Source of the DNA: Candidatus Latescibacterota bacterium
GTDB lineage: Bacteria; Latescibacterota; CBDEFO01
DNA length: 64,000 nucleotides
Reading direction: 5' to 3'
NCBI GenBank assembly: GCA_965237525.1
Contig: CBDEFO010000004.1
Span: 192,001-256,000, forward strand
The notes below the pieces were generated by a model. That model did no database searches. It worked only from the letters and a program-made list of their open reading frames with translations, and was not told where the DNA came from. Within the stretch, counting starts at the first letter, position 1, and each line of letters opens with the position of its first letter. Shown piece after piece: positions 42,619-51,772 of this stretch. Position numbers and translations under genes: made by a program.

Positions 42619-43369
42619 CTAAGTATACTTGGAGCCAAGAAGATAGGAAGCTCTGCTATGAGAGGAACATCGTCCTTAGCGAGCTCTTTTTTTATTTGGC
42701 CAAGATCAATGGCTATAGGCTCGGCTGTGAGCCTGATATCTTGTTTAAGAGACACAATTAAGGACTTGTACTCCTCCTTTAAGACCTTCAGATAGAGGAA
42801 TTTTAATTCCTGGTTATTCATCATTATTGCTCCTTTAACCTGTCTTTAACCTGTGGTCCCCTCTATAACTACTTTGGGTGTTACTGCTTCTCTATAATAA
42901 AGTATGACAAGCTTGTCTGCAAGCATTATTTAATGGTTAAAGAAATAGTAAGGTCTGGAAGGTGATTAAGAGATTAGAGCTATCTCAGGCTGTTAATCTT
43001 AATCAGAAAAGTACCCTGAGGAATATTCCTCCTAAGAATAACTAAGCTTCTATTTTTAATGTTCTTGTGCTTATTCATCATTTACAAACCTCTTGCTCTT
43101 AGATATCTTTTAGTTACGTAACTTTTCGTTATCCCATAGCACAACGGTGGTTGGCTGGTGTCTCTGCTGTAAGATCGTTCTGGCAAATGCCGGTCCCGGG
43201 GAACAGCCCGAACTGGATGATGGACTGTGTCGAGAAGATGTGCCGGAGAACTTGGGCGAGGAATAAAGGGGATAAAAAAAGGTCGAAATATAATCCCTAA
43301 TGAATGTGATATGGGGAATGTCGGTTTCTAACTAAAACGGTGAAGTTGAATGAAAGGAGGTTGAAAAAG

Positions 43370-44182
43370 ATGAGTCTGTTCAGGGATGTAATACGAAGCA
43401 TACATGGCTTCCTGTCTGATTCAGAATCAGAAGAGAAGCCAAAAGCCAAACCTCGTATTCAAGAGCTTGCTACCCAGAGGGTTCAAGCCCTGCAAGGGAG
43501 ATGGGAGGTTGTTGAGGCTCAGGTAAAGTTGGCGGCCCAAACACGTCAAGAGCTCAAAAAGCTCGTGGCAGAAGCCAAAGCCGTAGAAACGATTGGCATA
43601 AGAGCAATGGCTGCCAACAACAACAAGAAAGCGGAAGCTGCCCAGGCACGGTATGTAATTTTGCAGGAAACTATCCAGCAGATGACTACTCAAGCTCAGA
43701 CTGCTGATCAAGAAGCCCAAGAGGCGTTGGTAAGCTTTAAGACGGAAGCCAATGCCGCCAGGAGATCAGTCTCAGAAGCCAAAGCCCTGGCTCAACTTGA
43801 GCACGTGCTAGAGCTTCAAAAGAAGCATCGGGCACTCGAAATAACACAGTCAACAGCGGCTGATGAGTTCGAAGAGGCCAAAGACCAGCTTCTTTTGGAG
43901 ACATCAGTTCAGGCTGCTACCCAGAATATTCAGAAAGGAGAAGATGAACTGGCTGGGGAGATAGCGGCCGAATTACAAGATTTCAAGGCTCAACAGATCG
44001 GAGAAGAGTGGAGAAAGAGACTGGCTGAGGCGAATGGTAAAGTCGATGCTGAATTTGAGATTATAAGCAGCGATGCCAGTGAAGAGGCCATCCAATTTCT
44101 GGATCGACCTGTTTTGGGGGGCTTACTTGGTCATCAGGCCACTACTCCTGAAGACGAAGATTCAGAGGGTTCAAATGAGTAG
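43370..44182 (+). CDS. Divergent PspA/IM30-like coiled-coil protein
   Basis: AGGAGG RBS; amphipathic N-terminus MSLFRDVIRSIHGFL; long coiled coils; flotillin operon context. Confidence 0.6.
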   Translation: MSLFRDVIRSIHGFLSDSESEEKPKAKPRIQELATQRVQALQGRWEVVEAQVKLAAQTRQELKKLVAEAKAVETIGIRAMAANNNKKAEAAQARYVILQETIQQMTTQAQTADQEAQEALVSFKTEANAARRSVSEAKALAQLEHVLELQKKHRALEITQSTAADEFEEAKDQLLLETSVQAATQNIQKGEDELAGEIAAELQDFKAQQIGEEWRKRLAEANGKVDAEFEIISSDASEEAIQFLDRPVLGGLLGHQATTPEDEDSEGSNE

Positions 44183-44200
44183 GCAGCAGAAGGAAAGGGG

Positions 44201-44914
44201 GTGAGTATTATGACAGAGCTGCTCTATTGGTGGAACTTGATTTTTGTTCTACCTTTTGTCGCAGCACTGTTCTACATCCTGCTACTGACTACTGGAACAG
44301 GAGCGGCCCACCATGGTCATGGAACAGATGTTGATCATGACGTCGATCATGATGTGGGCATCGAACATGACGTAGCTGACACTGGCCATGATTTTGGACA
44401 TGGTGTTGAGCACGGATGCGAGGCCGGAACCTTTTTAAGAGGCCTAAGCTTCCTGGGAATCGGAAGAGTTCCTGTCTCTATCATTGTGGTCTCTTTCTGT
44501 TTCATCTGGGGATTTAGTGGTTGGGCAAGCAATAGGATGTTAGACGAGATTCTTCCAGCCACGTTGTTTTTCTGGCCATCGTTGGTTATCGCTCTTCTAG
44601 CCTCAGTATTTGTTACTCGCATTTTGGCCACAGGCATTTCAAAAATAATGCCGGCCACCGAGACGTATGCTGTTTCCGAAGGTCAGTTAACTGGCAGGAT
44701 AGCCGAAGCGGTTACCAATATTGATGACAGTTTTGGCCAAGCCCAAGTTCACGATGACTCAGGGTTCCTCCACACTATTTCCTCTCGGGTAAAACCGGGA
44801 GAGAAAAAAATTCCCCGGGGAACCCAGGTGGTACTTATGTATCACAACCAGGAAGAGCGCTTCTTTTTTGTAAACAGCGAGCTTCCGTCAACTGAAGGAC
44901 TGACCGAGGAGTGA
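44201..44914 (+). CDS. YqiJ/NfeD-like membrane protein with His/Asp-rich loop
   Basis: FLGIGRVP, three TMs and a C-terminal OB-fold (LTGRIA...GQAQVHD). Confidence 0.85.
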   Translation: MSIMTELLYWWNLIFVLPFVAALFYILLLTTGTGAAHHGHGTDVDHDVDHDVGIEHDVADTGHDFGHGVEHGCEAGTFLRGLSFLGIGRVPVSIIVVSFCFIWGFSGWASNRMLDEILPATLFFWPSLVIALLASVFVTRILATGISKIMPATETYAVSEGQLTGRIAEAVTNIDDSFGQAQVHDDSGFLHTISSRVKPGEKKIPRGTQVVLMYHNQEERFFFVNSELPSTEGLTEE

Positions 44915-44948
44915 GTCAATTTACTCACCAGAAAAGAAAGGGGGAAAA

Positions 44949-46949
44949 ATGATGGGCGCACTAATAGTAGTTGTTGCCCTGGCCTTTGTCACTCTGCCTC
45001 TGGTTTCCAGCGACTATGTCCAGGGGATCAGCCAGATACTCATTGTTGGTTTTGGAGTTCTGCTGCTGGTGCTGGTATCGGGTATTCGCATTATAACCCG
45101 TCTCTACCGAAGAACAGCCGCAGACGAAGCGTTCGTGAGAACAGGAATGGGCGGGCAAAAAGTTATTATTGATGGCGGTGCTCTTGTTGTTCCTGCTGTA
45201 CACGAATTAATTCCAGTATCCCTCAGCACCATGAGGCTTGATGTTGAAAGGACAGGACCCCATGCTCTTATTACTGGAGATAAACTCCGAGCTGACATCG
45301 AGGCAGAATTCTACATCAAGGTTCAGAAAGAAAGAGATGACGTGGTCAATGCCGCAACCTCTCTTGGCGAGAGGTCGGTTACTCCAGAAAACGTCAAAGA
45401 GCTAGTTTTTGACAAGCTGGTTTCAGCACTCAGAACCGTTGCTGCTACCAAAGATCTTCATGATCTGAACGAGAAGCGGGATGAGTTTGCTCACGCGGTC
45501 CAGAACATAGTGGAAAAAGACCTCAAGCATAATGGTCTGACATTGGAGACGGTCACTGTTTCAATGTTGGATCAGACCCCGCCGGATAAGATGCGGGCGG
45601 ACTCAAACGTTTTTGACGCTGAAGGCACGAGGAAGATCGCTGAGATCACCCAGAAGATGCGGGTGGAAACAAACGCCATCGCGCGTAAGGCGGACAAGGA
45701 AGTCAAACAACAGGACGTTGAGAAGGATAAGTTCGTCTACACGCAAGAACTTGGACGTGCCACTGCCGAGGCTATCCAAGACAGCGATATCCAACAAGCC
45801 CAAGCTGAAGCTGCGCAGAAAGCGGACACTTTCACTGCCGAGCAGGAAGAACAAGCCCGCGTTCGTGAGGTAGAAAGAGACCAGGCCATCCAGGTTTCGG
45901 GAGTCGAAAAGGCAAAACAAATCCAGGTGGCTAATGAGCAGCGCGAGCAGGCCCAGCAAGAAGCTGCGATTAAGAAACAAAAGGCTGTGGCCGATAGAAA
46001 CAAAGAGAAAGCCGAAGCTGAAGCTGCGCAGAAAGCGGCTGAGACTGAACGCGAGAAAGAAGCTCAGAATGTACAGACCGTTGCCATCACTGAAGAGGCA
46101 AAACGGACGGCTGAAAAAGGGTACATTGCAAAAGCCCGAGAGATTGACCAAGATGCGTACGAAAAGGAGCGTCAAGCTGAAGCAGAGCGGGTAGCCGCTG
46201 CAAGAGAAGCCGAGGCTCGTAAGACAAAAGCTGTGGCTGAAAAGGAGGCTCTGACAGACGAGGCTGAAGGTAAGACTGCTAGCGAAATGGTTCCAGTCAA
46301 CGTTGAAAGAAAGAAGGTTGAAGTTGAACAGTCTCGAGTCAACGATGTGACCAAACCACAGTTGGCAGCCAAAGCTGAGTTCCAGGAAATCTCCGTAAAG
46401 CTCGAGCTTGGCCTGAAGAACATCGAGGTCAATGGTGAGGTTCAAAAAGCTTTTGCCGATGCTATGGGGCTATCTCTTAGCGAGGCTGATATGAACATCT
46501 TCGGTGACCCTACCACTCTGGGTAAAATGATGACCATGTTCAGGAACGGTCAAGCTCTTTCAACCGGAATTGATGGTTTCATGAAAAGTGTTGACCCGGA
46601 TGCCCTTGGTCTCATCGGGGATATTGTCTCAGGTGTCAAAGACACTCTCACTGGAATCTTCCAGGGTATCTTTGGTAAAACCCTAGAAGATAGTACTGTT
46701 CAGGCTCTGGCTGCTAAGATTACTGAACAGCCTGAGATTCTCGAGCAGATCCAGGAGAAAGTAGTTTCGGCCCTCAAATCCCCGAGGGATGAAGCTGGGC
46801 TGGCTCAATACTTGGCTGCTACCTTTGGAGATGATTTTGATCTTAAGAGTGTTTCTGCTCTAATCGAAACCATCAAGGAGAAGCCGGCGATTCTTGGTCA
46901 GCTCAATCAAGCTTTTTCTAAACTTCAAGTCGCTGGTGCGACTGAGTAA
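44949..46949 (+). CDS. Flotillin/YqiK-like SPFH protein
   Basis: AFVRTGMGG, ALITGDKLRADI, DLKHNGLTLETV, FDAEG and an EA-rich coiled coil. Confidence 0.93.
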   Translation: MMGALIVVVALAFVTLPLVSSDYVQGISQILIVGFGVLLLVLVSGIRIITRLYRRTAADEAFVRTGMGGQKVIIDGGALVVPAVHELIPVSLSTMRLDVERTGPHALITGDKLRADIEAEFYIKVQKERDDVVNAATSLGERSVTPENVKELVFDKLVSALRTVAATKDLHDLNEKRDEFAHAVQNIVEKDLKHNGLTLETVTVSMLDQTPPDKMRADSNVFDAEGTRKIAEITQKMRVETNAIARKADKEVKQQDVEKDKFVYTQELGRATAEAIQDSDIQQAQAEAAQKADTFTAEQEEQARVREVERDQAIQVSGVEKAKQIQVANEQREQAQQEAAIKKQKAVADRNKEKAEAEAAQKAAETEREKEAQNVQTVAITEEAKRTAEKGYIAKAREIDQDAYEKERQAEAERVAAAREAEARKTKAVAEKEALTDEAEGKTASEMVPVNVERKKVEVEQSRVNDVTKPQLAAKAEFQEISVKLELGLKNIEVNGEVQKAFADAMGLSLSEADMNIFGDPTTLGKMMTMFRNGQALSTGIDGFMKSVDPDALGLIGDIVSGVKDTLTGIFQGIFGKTLEDSTVQALAAKITEQPEILEQIQEKVVSALKSPRDEAGLAQYLAATFGDDFDLKSVSALIETIKEKPAILGQLNQAFSKLQVAGATE

Positions 46950-47015
46950 ACCTAAAAACAGGGAACGCTGGGTCTTTTTAGGAGACCCTGCACTCTCCTC
47001 TTAAGGAGAAGAGCC

Positions 47016-47492
47016 ATGGAAGCAACACCTGGAGATGATATTAAGCCAAAGGTACTGGTGATTTCCTGCTCCGATGGTAGGTTTGCTCAAGCAAAGCAGC
47101 AGTTCCTAACTGAAGATTTAGAGCTTACAGTTTTTGACGAAGTTACTGTACCGGGAGGGCCAGCCAGAGTTCTCATTTCCGGAACTAACTTCTTTGCGGT
47201 CCAGGATGATATAAAGATGCTTGCTAAGGCACACGCAACAGAAAGGGTAATTGCCATTGCACATTTCGATTGTGCCTACTACCACAACAAGCATCCAAGA
47301 TTAGAAGAAGAGGCAGACCTAAGGGAAAAGCAGAAAAATGACCTTCTTGAATTTGCCGAGGAGATCAAGAATCTTGTTCCCAATGTCTTGGTGGAACTCT
47401 ATCGGGAAAATGTTGAAGATGGCCAAGTAGTTTTCCGTGAGATTAAACCAACAACTTTAGGAGGTGATGAAAATGGGCTGGTTGATACATAA
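47016..47492 (+). CDS. Beta-carbonic-anhydrase-like Zn protein
   Basis: CSDGR, VPGG and HFDCAYY (Cys/His/Cys zinc ligands). Confidence 0.75.
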   Translation: MEATPGDDIKPKVLVISCSDGRFAQAKQQFLTEDLELTVFDEVTVPGGPARVLISGTNFFAVQDDIKMLAKAHATERVIAIAHFDCAYYHNKHPRLEEEADLREKQKNDLLEFAEEIKNLVPNVLVELYRENVEDGQVVFREIKPTTLGGDENGLVDT

Positions 47493-48384
47493 CCCCATTG
47501 CCGATATGTATGGCCACGATTTTCTACTCTTTTACGGGGGCATCATTGTGCTGACGCTGGTAGCCTGTTGGCTGAAACTGCGTCAATCTGACCCGACGGC
47601 ATCCATGCCCCTACCACCGGTCCCTTCCGAACCGAATCCCTATGAAACCGCTTACCTGCGCGGCGGGGAGAATGAAGTAACGCGAGTGGTAATCTTCGGC
47701 TTGACCCAGCGAGGATACTTACAGGTGACAGAGGAAGCGGACAAACGGATAGAACAGGCGCCGGACCATCCTGACCCTGCCCACCTGCCCCAACTGGAAC
47801 GCGCCGTGTTTGAAGCGTTACAAATACCCCTGAGCGCCGAGGACATCTTTAAAAGCGTGAGCTTGTCCTCCACGGTTCGGTCATACTGCACTACTTACGA
47901 GCAGACACTTCAGAACGAGCAATTACTCACAGCCGACGAGGTGAAGACGGCCGCCAAGAGAATCGGACTTACAGGGGCTGCGGTTATCTTCGGCTTGGGA
48001 GGTTACAAGCTACTCATCGCTTTAGCGAAGGGTTACTCCAACGTGGGTTTCCTTATTGTTATGGGCATTGTTTCGCTTGTAATTCTCTTCATAATTTGCG
48101 AGTCGGACCGTCTTAGCAGCAGGGGAAAGAAGTATTTGGAGCGTCTCCAGTTAGCATTCGAGCGGCTGAAGGGGTCTGCTGCCAGTGTCCCCTCTGCGGC
48201 GGTGGACTCAACTCTATTGCTGCTCGTGGGAGTCTTCGGCGTCGAACTGCTTGCGGGAACCCCCTACGCCTACTACCAAGAAATGTTCCAGAGGTCTTCG
48301 TCAGGTGGGGGATCTTGTGGCGCTGGCTGTGGCTCAGGTGGAGGAGACGGGTGTGGCGGCGGCTGCGGCGGCTGCGGGGAATAG
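47473..48384 (+). CDS. TIGR04222-domain membrane protein with Gly/Cys-rich C-terminal tail
   Basis: GHDFLLFY, YETAYLRGG and LERAV motifs; tail SSSGGGSCGAGCGSGGGDGCGGGCGGCGE. Confidence 0.88.
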   Translation: MGWLIHNPIADMYGHDFLLFYGGIIVLTLVACWLKLRQSDPTASMPLPPVPSEPNPYETAYLRGGENEVTRVVIFGLTQRGYLQVTEEADKRIEQAPDHPDPAHLPQLERAVFEALQIPLSAEDIFKSVSLSSTVRSYCTTYEQTLQNEQLLTADEVKTAAKRIGLTGAAVIFGLGGYKLLIALAKGYSNVGFLIVMGIVSLVILFIICESDRLSSRGKKYLERLQLAFERLKGSAASVPSAAVDSTLLLLVGVFGVELLAGTPYAYYQEMFQRSSSGGGSCGAGCGSGGGDGCGGGCGGCGE

Positions 48385-48392
48385 TGAGAACT

Positions 48393-49235
48393 ATGGAAGG
48401 TATACTTTCACATCTGCCGGCATTGGGCGTTGGTCTAGGTTTTCGCGAGCCGTTCCGCAGTGACCTCTTTCTGCACCAAAAGAAGGTTGACTTTCTTGAG
48501 ATCACGGCGGATCACTATCTCGATGCGCCGCCAGAGAAGGAGCAAGAGCTGGAATTGCTCTCAGAGCATTTCACGCTCATCCCGCATGGGATCAACCTGT
48601 CCCTGGGAAGCGCTGAGGGAGTAGATGCCGCTTACGTTCGTAAGCTGGCAGCACTCATTCGGCGGCTGAATCCACCGTGGTGGAGTGAACACATCGCCTT
48701 CACGCAAGCGGGCGGTGTGGACATCGGGCATTTGTCACCTTTGCCCTTCACGCGCGAGGCGGTGGAGGTGCTTTCCCACAACATTGAAGCCGTGCGCCGC
48801 CAAATTGACGTGCCACTGATTTTAGAGAACATCACCTACTTGGTGCCCATACCAGGTGCGGAGATGACCGAAGCTGAGTTCCTGAGGGAAGTGCTGGAGC
48901 ATACCGATTGCGGGCTGTTGTTAGATGTCACTAACCTACACATTAATGCTGTCAACTACGCCTATGACGTTCAGGCGTTTTTAGAGCAATTGCCATTGGA
49001 GCGCATAGTGCAGCTTCACTTCGTTGGAGGACATTGGCATAACGGTGTGATCATTGACAGCCACTCGCAACCAACACCGCCTGAGGTGTGGACACTTATG
49101 GAAGCAGTCGTCGCTCATGCGCCGGTGAAAGGGATCATTCTGGAGCGGGATGAGAACATACCTCCGTTTGAAGAACTGCTAGGAGAGATAGAACAGGCAC
49201 GCTCCATTGGAAGACAGCACGAACGATGGGATTAG
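48393..49235 (+). CDS. DUF692 family multinuclear non-heme iron oxidative enzyme (MNIO)
   Basis: GVGLGFR, HGINLSLG, SEHIAF, LENI, LLLDVTNL, QLHFVGG, IDSH and LERD motifs. Confidence 0.95.
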   Translation: MEGILSHLPALGVGLGFREPFRSDLFLHQKKVDFLEITADHYLDAPPEKEQELELLSEHFTLIPHGINLSLGSAEGVDAAYVRKLAALIRRLNPPWWSEHIAFTQAGGVDIGHLSPLPFTREAVEVLSHNIEAVRRQIDVPLILENITYLVPIPGAEMTEAEFLREVLEHTDCGLLLDVTNLHINAVNYAYDVQAFLEQLPLERIVQLHFVGGHWHNGVIIDSHSQPTPPEVWTLMEAVVAHAPVKGIILERDENIPPFEELLGEIEQARSIGRQHERWD

Positions 49236-49927
49236 CGCAGATACAGCGAGTTTTGAGCCAGCTTTACACCGATGATGTCTTGCGGGAACGTTTCTTTGCG
49301 GATCCACAAGCGGTAGGTGAAGTGTTGGGACTTAGTTCTGCTGAGACACATCAGCTTGCTCAACTATCAGCCCAGCATGTCAACTTCTTCGCCAGGTCAC
49401 TGAAGCGCAAACGGCTAAACGTAGTGTGCAAACTGCTGCCGCTCACGCATCGAGTGTTGGGTAAGCGATTTTCCGGGCTTTTCCTTCAATATGCCGATAC
49501 CCATGTGCCGATGGGGACGAAGAAACATCGAGAAGATGCCGGTGCTTTCTCTAAATTTGTCGAACAGGCCGCTCGTGTGGACGGCATTGAACCGCCTTGG
49601 ATCATGGAGCTAGTTCGTTACGAAGCGTCGTGTCTGGAAGCAGCGGACACAACTTGCTGGTGGATAATGCGCTGGTTTCGTTACCCCCCAGTTAAGCTGG
49701 TGCGAAGTTTGATGCAGGGTGATGGAGCCCCATTGCCATTGGCGCAGCCTACTATTGCTCTCTGGTTTCGCTTCTCGCGGCGAAATCGGCTTCGGCATAT
49801 CGCTCTGACGCTGCCGCGTCCATTCATAGGCAAAAGCGAGGCGTACATAGGCCAGCAACTTCGGAGGCATCCCTGGACCGTTAGGATTACTTGCCATAGA
49901 GACATGGAAATCACAGGAATGAAATAG
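49226..49927 (+). CDS. Putative MNIO partner protein
   Basis: Overlaps the DUF692 gene by 10 nt. Pattern LYTDDVLRERF..DP, SLKRKR...LPLT..LG..F..YA and ELVRYE is typical of DUF692 partner proteins. Confidence 0.7.
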   Translation: MGLAQIQRVLSQLYTDDVLRERFFADPQAVGEVLGLSSAETHQLAQLSAQHVNFFARSLKRKRLNVVCKLLPLTHRVLGKRFSGLFLQYADTHVPMGTKKHREDAGAFSKFVEQAARVDGIEPPWIMELVRYEASCLEAADTTCWWIMRWFRYPPVKLVRSLMQGDGAPLPLAQPTIALWFRFSRRNRLRHIALTLPRPFIGKSEAYIGQQLRRHPWTVRITCHRDMEITGMK

Positions 49928-50415
49928 AGTTAAGATCATCTTCTATCTTTCTCTGTGTCTTTGTGGTCAAATGGATTAACCCGACGATTAAGGGTCACTA
50001 CCAAATAATCTAGCTCTTTGTTATAGGGGAAGTCCCAGTGACTTCCCTTTTTTATTACAATATCTGACCTGGGGGTAGCTAGAGGCCCAGTCATCCGACT
50101 GGGCAAGGAATTGCCCGTACAATGTGCAGCCAAAATAGGCAGAGGGCTGTGAACAGTACAATGTTTGGAAGACAGACGAGACAGAACTTACTGGAGAAGA
50201 CAGATGGAAGGGCAAGAACTTAGTGTTCTGGAATAGGCTTACTTGATACTAACAGATAGCTACGCAGGTACCACGGGTACGACCACTACGAGGTCCTCTA
50301 TAGTAACTTTTCAAAAAAACAAAGGGAAATGGAAATAATAAAGTTTGTGTGCGTGCCCTCGTACTGGTCGTACTTGCAAAAAAGAAGGGGCAAGATTAAA
50401 GAGGTTTTTTTGTGA

Positions 50416-50472
50416 TTGACATCTGAAGCAAAGTTTTGTATCTTTTTCTTTGAAACTGTGATCTATGTCACA
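50416..50472 (+). promoter_or_regulatory. Sigma70 promoter followed by a CRP/FNR-family operator
   Basis: TTGACA-N17-TATCTT (50416-50444) and a perfect TGTGA-N6-TCACA (50457-50472). Confidence 0.7.
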
Positions 50473-50606
50473 GATTCCTTCAGAGCTACTGATTAAGGTA
50501 TAGCAAATGGCAAATGAAGGATAGCAAATTCATAGCCAGAGTCTTCGATGCCAATACACAGGTTATTTCCGGAAGACTTTCCTCGGACTATCGGAAGTAG
50601 GTTACT

Positions 50607-51542
50607 ATGCTGATTGCGACTGAAACGACTCTATACTTTCAGGAAGGGGGCGGGAATCAGAATTCTCCCTCGGTACGATTAGAAAGGGAGGGCATAGAGC
50701 GTGTTGAGGAAGGAGTCCAATCTGAGGTTATAGCGCTGGCGAGCGGGGAGATCGTTCTCCTTTCCAAAGACGAATTACAGCGCATCTCCACCGGGATCGA
50801 AGATCCTATCGAATCGCTGGCGATTCTGCATGAAGGCCCCCTGGATCTGTTGATCGGCACAGAGGGACCGCATCTCTACAGGCTTTCAGGCGACGCCGGC
50901 GCAGTCCAGTGTATCCCTTCGTTTGAGGCGCTGGACTGCCGCAAGGAGTGGTACACGCCGTGGGGTGGGCCCGCATCCGTCCGAAGCCTTGCCTGTACAA
51001 AAGATGGTTGGGTCTACGCCGATATCCACGTGGGGAGCATCATGCGCTCTTCCGACCGGGGAGACTCGTGGGAGCCTGTTACGCCAGACCTGTACAAGGA
51101 CGTCCACCAGGTGGCGACCTGTCCAGAGTCGGATCGCCGGATCTATGCGAACACGGCCAACGCTGTCTATCTCAGCGAAGATCGAGGGCAGTCGTGGCTG
51201 CACCGCGCAGACGGGATGAGAGAACGCTACGGTAGGGCTATCGCCGTCCATCCCACGGATCCCGACTGTCTCCTTGCGACTGCCAGCCACGGTCCCGGCG
51301 GAGACGTTCAGGGCCAGCTCTACCGGTCAGAAGATGCGGGGTTGACCTGGGCGCATGTCACGGAGGGATTCCCGACATCCACAAGGAAAAACATCGATAC
51401 CTTCCACGTCGCCTTTTCGTCCGAAGGCCTTGCGTGGGCGGTTGTGGAAGCGACCCTGTTCGTGAGTCAGAACCGCGGTAGGAGTTGGGAATCTTTCTGG
51501 GAGGCCCCGGAGCAGATCATCATGATCTCTTGTCGGCGCTGA
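50607..51542 (+). CDS. BNR/Asp-box beta-propeller protein
   Basis: Repeated SxDxGxxW motifs (SSDRGDSW, SEDRGQSW, SEDAGLTW). Confidence 0.88.
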   Translation: MLIATETTLYFQEGGGNQNSPSVRLEREGIERVEEGVQSEVIALASGEIVLLSKDELQRISTGIEDPIESLAILHEGPLDLLIGTEGPHLYRLSGDAGAVQCIPSFEALDCRKEWYTPWGGPASVRSLACTKDGWVYADIHVGSIMRSSDRGDSWEPVTPDLYKDVHQVATCPESDRRIYANTANAVYLSEDRGQSWLHRADGMRERYGRAIAVHPTDPDCLLATASHGPGGDVQGQLYRSEDAGLTWAHVTEGFPTSTRKNIDTFHVAFSSEGLAWAVVEATLFVSQNRGRSWESFWEAPEQIIMISCRR

Positions 51543-51578
51543 CGGCAAGTAAGAACAGGAACAACATAATAAAAAGAA

Positions 51579-51747
51579 GCGATTGCTTCGCCCATCCACT
51601 TGGTGGTTTGCCGGCATTTCGTGCCCCCTGCAATCACCCCCCTGTATCCCCCCTTGATAAGGGAGGAATGAAAGGGGCGTGGCAGCAACGCACACAGTGC
51701 CCACGCCCCCCAACGATTCTATCGGCGGTTTATCCCGAAGCAATCTC
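51579..51747. repeat. Composite REP-like region
   Basis: Ends GATTGCTTCG ... CGAAGCAATC enclose a CCCCCCTGTATCCCCCCTTGATAAGGGAGGA palindromic unit. Confidence 0.55.
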
Positions 51748-51772
51748 AACCCCTACAGATTCGGCGGATATT

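Larger units (their letters stand above)
39010..42824 (-). pseudogene. Hypothetical 255-aa protein interrupted by two IS copies
   Basis: Removing both IS and one copy of each TSD gives a 768-nt open frame (...PSIL/REEKE...DLFT/KVNSLFQKIFQKNFG*). Confidence 0.85.

Noticed and set aside
42830..43360. Possible riboswitch or ncRNA upstream of the flotillin operon
   Set aside because: No recognisable motif by eye; an Rfam search would be needed.
45603..46445. Long antisense ORFs (this one and many others in the track)
   Set aside because: They are shadows of well-supported genes on the opposite strand or frame, with no motifs of their own.
48315..48392. Arg/Trp-rich N-terminal extension on the DUF692 ORF
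   Set aside because: It is an alternate-frame reading of the upstream Gly/Cys tail; the real start is ATG 48393.
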